Positions 1 to 10,343 of a stretch of 20,000 bases of DNA are shown here, in pieces. The stretch's first letter is position 1. Each line of letters starts with the position of its first letter. The translations under genes and the position numbers were made by a program. The DNA is from Mesotaenium endlicherianum (Eukaryota): the NCBI GenBank assembly GCA_009602735.1, contig WELA01001907.1:333238-353237 (forward strand), written 5' to 3'. The notes below the pieces were generated by a model. The model was not told the origin of the DNA and searched no databases. It saw only the letters and a list, made by a program, of their open reading frames with translations.

Positions 1-712
1 TGCGGTCAACAGTGCGGTGCACGCGTCAACGGGCAAGACTCCTTTTGAACTGAGCTTGGGTAGAGTCCCTAAGTCTCCTTCAGATGTACTAGGGGAGTCT
101 TTATCTCACCCTGAAGGGATTGACAATCCGGTCTTCCTCCAGTTAACCCAGGAGTTTGCTGACACCCTGTCAGAAGTCCAACAGAACTTACACAAAGTCC
201 AGGAAAACCAACAAAAATACGCTAATCAGCACCGTCGAGAATTGACATTCTCTAAGGGCGATTTGGTCAAATTGCATTCTCAGCACCTGTACTTGCCTGG
301 TGTGGTCAAGAAAACGCTTGATCCTGTCCGGGTCGGTACATATTCGGTGGTGCGCTGTGTTTGTCGGAATGCTTACAAATTGAACATGTCAGCAGAATAC
401 AAGGGTGACCCAATATTTAATGTCTTCTTCTTAGAACCATACATTGAAGGTGACACGCTGTTCACAGGTCGGTTACCTGTCCAAACGGGACCGGTCCCCG
501 CTGTCTGGGATGGTGACCCTGAGGAATATGAGGTCGAGGAGATTTTAGACGCTCGCTTTGTCCGTTGATCATCTAAATATGTCATGATGTACCTGGTCAG
601 ATGGAAGACTTACGACGCCTCTGGGAACACTTGGGAATTTAAAGACCATTTGACCAATGCCAAAGGGGCGTTGAAATGGTTCCACCTTCGGGCGGCTGGC
701 ACCCCTCCCTAA
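1..712 (+). pseudogene. pol: pol 3' end: integrase C-terminus plus chromodomain, with premature stop
   Basis: ORF 17-568 matches the C-terminus of the 16037-18160 protein. TGA at 566-568 corresponds to CGA in copy C. The frame continues YLVRWKTYDASGNTWE to TAA at 710-712. Confidence 0.93.
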
Positions 713-1070
713 CTGTCATTTCAGTGGATATGGAGAGGTGACAGGAGGTTCTGTCTCCATATAAGTCGGAGGGGAATGTGACAGGTAGTGACCGATAGTG
801 GCAGTTGTGACAGGCAGGCCACCTTTCAAATTATGTTGAAGGGAGTGTGTTCCGTTTCGGGTTCAGCCAGGCAAATTGCATAACCATTTTGCACACTCAA
901 CCTGCCCTCATACACACTTTTTCTCTCTAACTCAATTCTCTCTTATGCTCACTCACACAAGGTACTACACACGAGGGACTCTTCCTATCACGTTCTTCTG
1001 CACCACGGGCACTCAGTCGCGGCAAAGTATCATGACTTCAGTGACCGCATTGTGTTTATGATGGAGCAGG

Positions 1071-1830
1071 ATGACTTAGAAGTCGGAACTTAAGAGGAAT
1101 AGAAGAGCGGAAAAGACACATGCAAAATGCTTGCAATTCCGTGGCGACATCGAATCATCCTCCATCTCCGTTCGGGAATCACAACGACTCCAACAACAGC
1201 GGGAGGCACAAAAGAAGAAGAAAGAGGAGGAATAGGCCAGGCGGAGGCAGGAAGAACTGGACAGAAAAGCTGCAGAGGAGGCCAAGAAGACAGAAGAGGA
1301 GAGGCAAGCTGAGGAGGGGCGGAGGCAGCAAGCAGAAGAAGAACAAATGAGAATTAGCAGCTACCGCTACACAGTGCTGGGCAAGGGCTTTGATCTACTG
1401 GAGGAGGCCTTCAAGTATGCCCAGAAAAGTCGCAGTGAGGCACAGCAGGACATCGTGCAGAGCGAAGGGGAGACATCTACAAACCTTTACAAGTATATAG
1501 AGGTCAGCACAGGACTCCTCCTTTACCACAATTATGCCAGAATGGTAGGATATATGGTCAGAGAGGCCAAGGTAATGGCCCAGGTGAATGAAGCAGGAGC
1601 TGTATCAATTCCGGGTATCTGGGGGAAAGATAAGGTCATCAGGATGATCCCCATGGACGCGGACAGCTTTAAGGACTCTACATCCCATAACAGGTTCAAG
1701 GCAATGTATAATGAGGTGGAGAGAAGGAGCTGGGAATTTTTGGCAAGAGAAACCAATTAGCTGGACTTCGCAGGGCACTGGTACCCTTGTACTATGAAAA
1801 GGACAGACCTTGCCTTCTTCCAGAAACCCA
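1071..1830 (+). pseudogene. Extra 3' ORF (ORF3) of copy A, unknown function, internally deleted
   Basis: ATG 1071 is in frame with ORF 1347-1760. In-frame TAGs at 1077, 1233 and 1758. Protein aligns with ORF 14714-15526. At 1830/1831 the sequence jumps to the pre-PPT region, about 950 bp shorter than copy C. Confidence 0.8.
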
Positions 1831-1837
1831 GTGTTAG

Positions 1838-1873
1838 TGTTGTCGAGGCGACAACATGTAAAGTTGGAGAGAT
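1838..1873 (+). promoter_or_regulatory. Hairpin (TGTTGTCG-AGG-CGACAACA) plus polypurine tract of copy A
   Basis: Perfect 8-bp stem followed by AAGTTGGAGAGA immediately 5' of the LTR TG. Confidence 0.8.
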
Positions 1874-2592
1874 TGTAATGAATCAGTATATTGGTGAATA
1901 TAATATTCATTTAAATATAATAGTTAAATAAGTTCTGCCTGCTAAACTTTGGCTAATATTGAGTCTGTTGGACTTTATAAAATAATCAGTTCAATGATCC
2001 AGCCGGGAGCAGCAGGCTGAAGTCAACTTAGGTCAGCTTGCTGACACATTCTATGACAGCCAGCTGACTTCCGTACTCGGTAGCAGTGAGCTGCCTAGAT
2101 ATGCATCTAAGTGTGGAGTGCTAGATAAATGGCCAGATGACATCCTTAGGATGGATGGCGATTCGGGATGATGGGAGATGGCGGTCGATTTAGTTAACCG
2201 AGGTCCTACCAATGTGGTTAACTCCCGGGTAGGCGGTGCCATCGCACTGGCCGTTGAACAGTAAACTCATTCCATGTACATATGCTAGGTTTTGCTCTCA
2301 ATTTCTGCATTTGAAAACAAGGCCAACACCCTTGTACTGCTTACTGAGAGATATCTGGATCCAAGGCGAGAAGCCATTAATAAGGACTCTCTTCTAGCCT
2401 TGCTTATGTATGAGTTTATTGATTGCATTATTGATGCTAGTTTACTTGCATTTGACTTGCGAGTATTGTCCACTGCTAGTATGTTGTCCTTTGCTGTTTA
2501 TTCAATTAATAGAAAATACCATAAAGATTATTTGCTCATATAAAGATCTTAATTAATTGTTAGTCACCTATTTGGTAAGTCAACTCATTTCA
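1874..2592 (+). repeat. 3' LTR of copy A (719 bp)
   Basis: Starts TGTAATGAATC and ends CTCATTTCA. Homologous to 3756-5213, 12745-13958 and 18979 onward. Not followed by a tRNA-iMet PBS. Confidence 0.93.
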
Positions 2593-3755
2593 GTGCTTCC
2601 TCCTTCATCCCCACCTGGCGCCAACAGGGTGGTCCTCCAAGCCCCGGAAGGGAACAATTTCACCTGCCAATCTCAGCGGTGCTCTAGCAGCTATGTACCC
2701 TCGTACTATGCTTCCCCGCCCTCTGCCTTTGCTGATTTCCACACAGGTCTATCGAATTTTCCGTCCCAGTCTAGCAGTTTTGCGAAGTACCCCTCTCCAT
2801 ACCCTCCGTCCTCGGGTCCTACGTCACCTGCCCCCAATTCCTATCCAGCCGCATACCAGGCTGCCATGCCAGGACCTAGCCCTAACCTTAGCCCTAACCC
2901 GAACCCTAATTCCACACCTCAAGATTTCTTTATGCATCAGCAGTTGGCTGCGATGCAAGCTGGTATGCAGGACATGAATTGTCGCGTTGGATTTCGGCCT
3001 GATCCTATTACTGCTCGGTTCATTAGTTTGCATCCCCTTCCACCTTGTGGGCCTGGCCCCACTAATCCTTCCTGGTTCCCCCCACCTCCAGACGGCGCAT
3101 TTAATGTGACCAAGGAGAAGGACGGTGATCAGGCCGTGGGTGTCCATACCGTTCACAGTCGCCGGGTGGCTGCCCATGCGGCAACTGCCGCACCGGCTGT
3201 GAGTCCAGACCACGGTCGGAGTGTGGTGCAGTCGGCCCAGCTTCTACGGTCGTTCAATCTCTTTGAGCCAGACGACACTCTAGAACCTGCTCACACTCGG
3301 TTGCTTGTATCGTCCGGGATGGGCTAGCTTGCCCTGCTGATGCAGGTACCTTGACCATCCTCCCCGACAACGTCCTCGCAGCCCAGCTGCAGGCGCAAGT
3401 GGTGTGCGATAACCTGCGCGCGGCGGCGGCTTCTAACAAGCGCGATTCGCTGTTACCCCCTTCGTATGCGCAAGTGGTGGCCGACCTACCTCAACCTTCT
3501 AGCCCGCCGCAACCGGCGACATCGCCTCTGCCCACACAAGCCCCCTTCCTACAGCGTTAGTGGTGGTGGAGGCGGACGCAGCTTCGGCTACCTTGGCGAC
3601 TTCTGTGGCCGTTCCTATCGGTCGCGCCGCAGCTCAGGTGGTTCGAGTCCTCTCAGGGAATCACTACAGTCGGGTGCTGAGCATTGCCTTACACAGTCAC
3701 CTCTTGCATCGGTCACGTCACCTATGCCCGGCATGCTGAGGAGTTTCGTCCTTCT
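2593..3755 (+). other. GC-rich, Pro/Ser/Ala-rich degenerate coding-like segment between two LTRs; identity unknown
   Basis: Open frame to 3327 and further ORFs 3351-3560 and 3466-3768. No recognisable domain. The listed start at 2557 lies inside the LTR. Confidence 0.3.
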
Positions 3756-5213
3756 TGTAATGAATTAGTATAATCGTAAATATAATATTCATTTATGTAT
3801 AATAGTTAATTGGGTTCATTCTGTTGAACTCTAGTCAACATTCAGTCTGCTGGACAATATACCATTATCAGTTTAATGACTCAGCCAAAAGCAGCAGGCC
3901 GAAGTCAACTTCGGTCAGCTTGCTGACACATTCTTTGACAGCCAGCTGACTTCCGTATCCGATAGCAATTGAAAGGGGCAGAGTGCCCTAATCGAAGCGT
4001 CGTAACTCACGAGGAAAGGAACTAGTTGCAACCATACTAAAGAGTGCAGCGGCATATTACTAAGAAGGCTTAGGAAAATTACTCAACATTTTGAGTAGCA
4101 AGAAACTGCTCACAAATGATGAAGAATGGAAGGCCTTGTCATTACAATCCCGTAGATATTTACAGAAGTGAAAACTGATAAGAAACGAAGAAGTTTTGCC
4201 TATTTATAATATTCTGCCCAAGTGCTCCTCTCTAGGAGGAAGCTACGGAATTTGTGTTTGTCAAATCGTCCCTTCCAGATAATTTGTGAGTAGGCCAGAT
4301 CAGTCTCATCTGACGTGTCGGGCCAAATTGACGTCCACATACATGCATTGACATTACTCGAATATTTTATCTTAGGCACGCTAGGCTAAACCACAACTTC
4401 TAGGTAAGTCGACCTAGTCGGCACTCCGCGTCAGCCAAACTTACATGAAGGTTCAAGTTCACTTCAACGAGCCAGATCGCTTGACGCTGTCGGTCAATCT
4501 GACGGTCGCTCTCACCGCAAATGAAGGACAGTCGTCAACCGACCTCATCACTAATTATATTCGGAATTCCATAACCCTCTAAATACTTGACCAAATTCAA
4601 TGAACTTTACATCAGAATAACCACAAAAATGAACTCTACACTACTAAGCAACCAAAAGATACTTTTGGGAAACTTAGAAATGCACTTTACACACCTATGA
4701 CCTTACAGCAGCGAACTGCCTAGATATGCATCTAAATGTGATATGCTAGATGAATGGCCAGATGATATCCTTGGGATGGATGGCAATTTGGGATGATGGA
4801 GATGGCGAAGGATTTGGTTAACCGAGGTCCTACCAACGTGGTTAACTCCCGGGTAGGCGGTGCCATCGCACTTGCTGTTGAACAGTAAGCTCATCCCATG
4901 TACATATGCTAGGTATTGCTCTCGAGTTCGGCATTTAAAAACGAGGCCAATTCTCTTGTACTGCTTACTGAGAGATATTTGAATCCAAGGCAAGAAGCCA
5001 TTGATACGCACTGACTTCTAGCCTTGCTTATGTATGAGTTTACTGATTGCATTATTGAAGCTCATTTACTTGCATTTGACTTACGAGTATTGTCCACCGC
5101 TAGTTCGTTGTCTTTTGCTGTTAATCAATTGACAGAAATACCATAAAGATTACTCGCTAATATAATGATATGTATTCATTGTTAATCGCCTATTGGTAAA
5201 TTGATTCATTTCA
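3756..5213 (+). repeat. 5' LTR of copy B, split by the insertion at 3970-4707
   Basis: TGTAATGAAT at 3756 and ATTCATTTCA ending at 5213, followed by the PBS. Removing 3970-4707 plus the duplicated 5 bp restores a family-length LTR. Confidence 0.92.
3970..4707 (-). mobile_element. Solo LTR of an unrelated family (738 bp)
   Basis: Ends TGAAAGG...CCTTACA (6/7 inverted match), flanked by GCAAT/GCAGC, a degenerate 5-bp TSD of the empty-site GCAGY. TATAAATA on the minus strand at 4201-4208. Non-coding. Confidence 0.75.
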
Positions 5214-5214
5214 G

Positions 5215-5226
5215 TGGTATCGGAGC
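5215..5226 (+). promoter_or_regulatory. Primer binding site, tRNA-iMet type
   Basis: TGGTATCGGAGC, 1 nt after the LTR CA; one mismatch to the plant consensus TGGTATCAGAGC. Confidence 0.9.
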
Positions 5227-5246
5227 AGCTATCACAGTAGTCGTGT

Positions 5247-6691
5247 ATGATGAGGACTACGTCTCAAATTAGCAACTCTCAAAAAATAGAGGGTAAGGAC
5301 AATGATAACATTGTAAAAGGGCAGGACGAAAGTTGCGTCTTTGGACCCCGTACCTACTTGGAAACGCTACACAATGCAAGAGCTAGAGAAGCTGCTGAGC
5401 AGGCAGCAGCTCTTGCTGCAGTAGCAGCTCAGTTGGCTGAGGATGAGCGTTTAGCCAAAGAAGTAGAGGAGGCAGTAAACAGGAGGGCCCCAGATGAAAG
5501 GACGGTGGAAGAGCATATGGCAGAAAGGGCCATTCTTCGAAACCAATTTCCTGTTGTGCCTACTGTCATACCTCTCCCTCAATTTCGCAGACAGGTGAGC
5601 GCAACAGGCATAGCCGGAGCGGCAGCAATCGGGAATGCCGAAGCTGCTACTAATAGAGCTAATATTGCTGCTGTTGCGTTTGCTGGGCTACCACCTCAGA
5701 ACGTAAATCTGGGAGCCTTATTTGTTCAGATGCAAATGGCGAGCATGTATCAGTCCCAACAGGAGGACAAAAGGATCATGATGGCATTGCAGCGTGATAG
5801 AGACCAACTGGGTTCCCAAACCATTGGTGGTGGTGGGAGAGGACCTATTAAGCCTAAGCCAAAACCTCCCCAGGACTATGATCTTGAAGGAAACAAAAAG
5901 TATTACCTGATTAATCTTCGCGCTAATGTTGAGCAGTGGCTGGAGAACTACCCAAAATTGCAGGATTACAAGAAGGTCAGGCACACTGGTGCTCTACTAA
6001 AAGGCAGTGCAGCAGACTGGTGGCTGTATTGGAAAGGAGAGCGTAAGGCTCAACAACTCGGTGACCCTACTTGGGTAGAGTTTGTTGAGAAACTACATGA
6101 GAAGTTTGATATTATCAATCAGCAGCAGAAAGCTATCTATGCCATGATCTCCATGACACTGAAGCAGACCACTTCAGTTGCTGAGTCTCCTCAAAAATTC
6201 CAGGAGAACGTGATGAAGCTGCCCGATTTGCCACAGCAGTATAGGATAGCACACTTCAAATATGGCTTGAAATTAGAAGTCTCAGGTCATTTTGCTAAAA
6301 AGAAGTATGAGAAATGGCTGGCTTGATCTAGGTGGCTGATGCATGGGCTCAACAGCAGTTCAATCACAAGCACTAAAGTAATGCTTTGGTGTCTAAGATT
6401 CTCAGAAAGCCCCACGGTTCCTGTAACGCTATTGAAGGAGACCAGGTTGAGGACGATCAGGGTGATGAGTATGAGTATGAGTATAATGCTATGCAGTCTA
6501 AAGGGAGAGGTGGATATTCTCAAGGTGGCTATGGAAGAGGTGGTGGTAGGACTAAGCCGAGACCAGCCTCAGCAAAATCTGTGTGCTTCCATTGCAAGCA
6601 GTTGGGTCACTTCAAAGAGCACTGTCCAGACAAGCACCTCCCAAAGGTCGAGAGAGAAGACCAGCCTTTAAAAGACAGCAACAGTCAGTAA
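5247..6691 (+). pseudogene. gag: gag with retrotransposon capsid-like region and CCHC zinc knuckle; disrupted near 6300-6390
   Basis: LLKGSAADWW...TWVEFVEKLHEKF and FKYGLK motifs, RGG-rich stretch, CFHCKQLGHFKEHC knuckle in ORF 6386-6691. Confidence 0.92.
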
Positions 6692-6708
6692 TCCAGTCTA
6701 CTGACTGT
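6667..6708 (+). promoter_or_regulatory. Putative -1 programmed ribosomal frameshift signal (gag to pol)
   Basis: T TTA AAA heptamer in the gag frame (6667-6673), 7-nt spacer, perfect 10-bp stem ACAGTCAGTA/TACTGACTGT. The -1 frame leads, through one TAG, to the protease motif AFVDEGTSH. Confidence 0.8.
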
Positions 6709-8162
6709 GAGGATTCTAGAGATAGTGAGTCGTCACTAGCTGCCCTCGTAGCAGGTATTATTGGTCTCGCTGAACTGCATTCACTATGCATGCGTGACAA
6801 ACAGATACAAAACACCATCAGCAATATGGATCCCTAGAGAGTGCACACTCTGGATGACCTTGTTCCACTTGATGTCGAACATTTCTTTGCTAAGTCAGGA
6901 GAACAATGTAAAAGTCAAGAAAAGTCAGTCTCCCCTATTCTACTGCATTGTATGATAGCAGGTAGGAAGGTGAGGGCATTTGTTGACGAAGGGACGTCAC
7001 ACATACTTTTATCCATAAGGACTTCGTTAAGCGGCTAAGGCTGCCAACTGTCACCCAAAGGAATACAAAAATATTTCTTGGAGATGCCTCAAGTATCTCG
7101 AGAGGAATTGTAACCAGGCCTATTGAGGTCCAGTTAGGTTCTGGCATTGCAATTCTAACTGAAACGCTTACATTTGAGGTACTCAACACCGGCTTTTATG
7201 ATCTCGTGCTAGGTAGGGCCTGGCTTAATAGACATCAAGCTGAAGTGTGTTGGAGCAGAGATACACTGAAAGTGAGAGGAGCTAGTGATGGGCAGACTAA
7301 CTTGGCACTGACTAGTGCTCTTTTTCTTGTCCTGTATGGATGGCAAATGAAGAAAAAGAAGAGACTTCCGGGAGGATGCAAATTGCTGAATGCAATGGAG
7401 TTCGTCAAAAATTGGAACCAAAAGGAAGATAGAATGTTATGTCTGCTGCTAACAGAGGTACCTCCTCAACTTGAAGAAGTGGTTGAGAAAAAGGTGAGCC
7501 CTCCGGAGCACCCTACTGCTGCGAAAATTGTTGCTCAGTATACTGATATTTTTAATGTGCCTCCAAGATTGCCCCCTAAAATGGAAGTTGATCATAAAAT
7601 TGATTTACTACCTGGGAGTCAACCACCTTGTCAACGCACCTATGGCTTGTCTTATGTGGAGAGCGAAGATTTGAAAACACAGATTGCAGAATTGGAGGAA
7701 AATGGTTATGTTTTCCCCAGTAAATCACCTCATGGAGCACCCATCCTATTTGTTAAGAAGAAAATTGTAGTATGCGAATGTGTGTGGATTACAGAGCTTA
7801 TAGTAGAATTACAGTAAAGAACAAGTTTGCTTTATCCAGAATCGAGGACTTGCTTGATACCCTGTTTGGTGCTAAAGTGTTCAGGATTGCTAGGGAGATC
7901 AACACAAGACTGCCTTCCGCACACATTATGGACACTATGAGTTCAATGTGATGCCATTTGGACTGACTAATGCTCCTACATCCTTCATGAATGATATGAA
8001 TAACATTTTCAGGCCTTACTTGGATAAGTTTGTGCAAGTCTTCTTGATGATATTTTAATTTTCTCTAGAAATGAAGCTGAGCATGCTGAGCACTTAAAGA
8101 CACATGGACACTCTGAGAAGGAACAAGTTATATGCTAAAATGAGCAAGTGTGATTTCTTTAA

Positions 8163-10343
8163 TAAAAGGTCTCCCGAGGAAAAGACCATATATGGTCCAA
8201 TAATGCACCACCTAAGTCACACTATATTGAAATGACCACTGAAGCTATGATTATGTGTATTAGACCACTAGAGAGCTTACATCACAAGGTATTGCACTGG
8301 CCATGTGGCTCGCAATTTTCGGATAGGTAAGGTGTACTTATTGCACAAAGTGTGTACGATAACAAGAAACGACCAACTAGGGCCAACTTTGACTTCACAC
8401 AGTATGGGTTTGGATATGCACCAGCAGTTGTTGATTTGTTTTGGGGTAGGCATGTGTCTTACCTATTGTATGAATCAGATTTCACTTCATTTTGATCGAT
8501 AGCTTTGTGCAGGCACGCTCTGTACTTAGTAGACCATATGGGATCTGGGTAGTTTCTGTACTTTTTAGGGCCTCATGCTACAAAGCATCACAGTTCATAA
8601 TTCATAACTCATTCTGTACACATGCAAATAGTAATCCGTAAAGTGGAGCTTAAAAACAAGGTGTTACTTTACTTACAAAAAAAATTATAGAGACAATCAA
8701 TAAAAAAGAATTATTAATCAAATAATATTGCAGAATTGGCAGCTTTGCACACATGAAGCTGAACTGTATACGAAGCACAATACCTTTCATATATGTTTTT
8801 GTTGCAGCTCCTCTGTAGAGTACTCAGCCTGTAGGGGCCACTATCTACATGTGCTATGTGCCTGTTGGTATGGTACTCCTCAAAGCAAGGCGTGGGGCAA
8901 AGCGCCACTCCACGCGTTGCGCACCAATAGCTAGGCCTCACCTTACTCTTCCCATGGCCTAGGTCATACAGCTTGATCTTGCACACTACACATCCTGGTC
9001 TAGAGCCTCTTGGAAGGTGCTCAAAAAAGTGTCTCCTTAGTACTTGTCCATCCCAGCCCGCCCCGCACTCCAGCGAAAGCACCTCCTCTCATGTGGATCA
9101 TGGAAGTCTGTCATCTCCGCTACAACATTTAACATGAAGGAATTCCTGTCACTCTCAGGATGGGCCAGGTTGTAGAGGATGTAGGCATCGGCCAAGGCAG
9201 CATCAAACAGACCCCAATATAGTTTGTGCCACCACTTCAAGCTCACAGCAGAAGCCTCGACAAAGTACTTATCTCTTACACAGAGCTTGTAAAATTGATC
9301 AACAGCATCTTTATGTGTTTTGTAGTGCACCACAATGTTTGGAGAAGTTATGGTTAAGGAGCAATTATGGTTATGGAGCAGTTGTCCTTCTCCTCCTCTC
9401 CCTTTTCTCAGTCCAACCCAGCAAGAGAGAATGTAGACTCATCTTCTACATGGCGCCACATTCAAGTTGCGCTGTGGTCGCTGCTCCGCACGTGCAGCGC
9501 GCCCTTTGCAGGCGAGGGTGCGCGCATGCAGCCTTCCTCTGCCTCTTCCATCAGCTGCTTACCTCTTCCAGTGTCAAGCCTGCCCCTCTTCCTCATAGTA
9601 TCCTCCTCCTCCTCCTCCTCCTCTCCTCCTCATCGTCCTCATCCTTCTCACGATCACTAGACCTTGGCTGTGAGTCATCATTTGCATCTTGGAAGGACAA
9701 ATTTAGACTTTGACCCTCATTCTCCCTCAAACTTGAAAGCAGAGAGGCCCCTGAGGAAACCAAGCCAAAACGAACTACATGCAGCTCGGAAAAAAACCAA
9801 GATTTTTCAGGCACAGTAGATAGGTATTGCCTGACCTGCCATGCCTCCCATTGCTTCTTTTCCTTGTCATACAACACTTCTACGAGCCATGAGTTCTCCT
9901 TTTTAGTCTTTACAACCTCTTTTCTCACAATCTCGACTAAGAAAAACTCTATGTAACACTGTCCAAATGTCTTTTTTGCCCATGCATCTCTCCAGAAGGT
10001 AGCAGGGATGAGTTATTTACCACCCACAACAATTTTTGGCGCATTTGAAGAAAAAGCCATGGCTCTAAGAGCTTTTTAGTAACCTCGGATATGACAGACT
10101 TTTCACATAAAATTTATTAACTTGAAATTTGAACCTCACTCTTTTGTCTCTAACATTGTCGTTAATGATCGAAATATCATTTTGCATTTCTTCGCCTAAG
10201 GTTCAAGTTTGTACGGTTTGTTTGAGCCATAAATTGAACCATTTGGTCAACTGTAGCACCCTCGAGGTCAACGCTGAAAAATGGGGGTTAGCTACACCAT
10301 GTATGGTTCGAGGACCATATTTGGTCCAATTGCAGACCTAGTG
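8163..10343 (-). mobile_element. piggyBac-like DNA transposon, internally deleted (non-autonomous)
   Basis: TTAA duplicated at 8159-8162 and 10344-10347. Removing the insert restores RT SKCDFFKKSIEF. Degenerate TIRs TAAAAGGTCT / CACTAGGTCT and a shared subterminal GACCAWATATGGTCC. Confidence 0.88.
8714..10060 (-). pseudogene. piggyBac-type transposase remnant (N-terminus, last catalytic-region helices, Cys-rich C-terminal domain)
   Basis: VHYKTHKDAVDQ...KWWHKLYWGLFDAALADAYILY resembles the YN..MGGVD..D / KWW..LF..LLD.A..NAYILY motif. CVVC...YWCAT..VALCPTPCFEEYH resembles the CRD. ATG 10060 is in frame with ORF 9593-9928. Most of the DDD core is absent. Confidence 0.85.

Larger units (their letters stand above)
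1..2592 (+). mobile_element. Ty3/gypsy chromovirus LTR retrotransposon copy A, 3' part (integrase C-term, chromodomain, extra ORF, PPT, 3' LTR)
   Basis: Integrase tail (HASTGKTPFEL, GPY-like motif) and chromodomain, then PPT-like AAGTTGGAGAGA and a TG...CA LTR. Collinear with copy C on the minus strand. Confidence 0.95.

Noticed and set aside
2051..2543. Recurrent small ORFs (MAPPTRELTT..., MLSISAFEN..., also 4703-5011, 12722-13045, 13589-13798)
   Set aside because: They lie inside LTR copies, recur only because the LTR is repeated, and differ in starts and stops between copies.
2875..2910. Interstitial telomere repeat (CCCTAA-like)
   Set aside because: Only about six degenerate hexamers, equally explained as an in-frame Pro-Asn/Ser repeat.
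6681..6716. H-type pseudoknot via loop ATCC pairing with downstream GGAT
   Set aside because: Only 2 nt separate stem 1 from GGAT, too short to span a 10-bp stem; a simple hairpin is the supported structure.
9315..9713. Plus-strand ORFs rich in Leu/Ser (9315-9713, 9367-9660)
   Set aside because: Antisense shadows of the acidic GAG-repeat region of the transposase.
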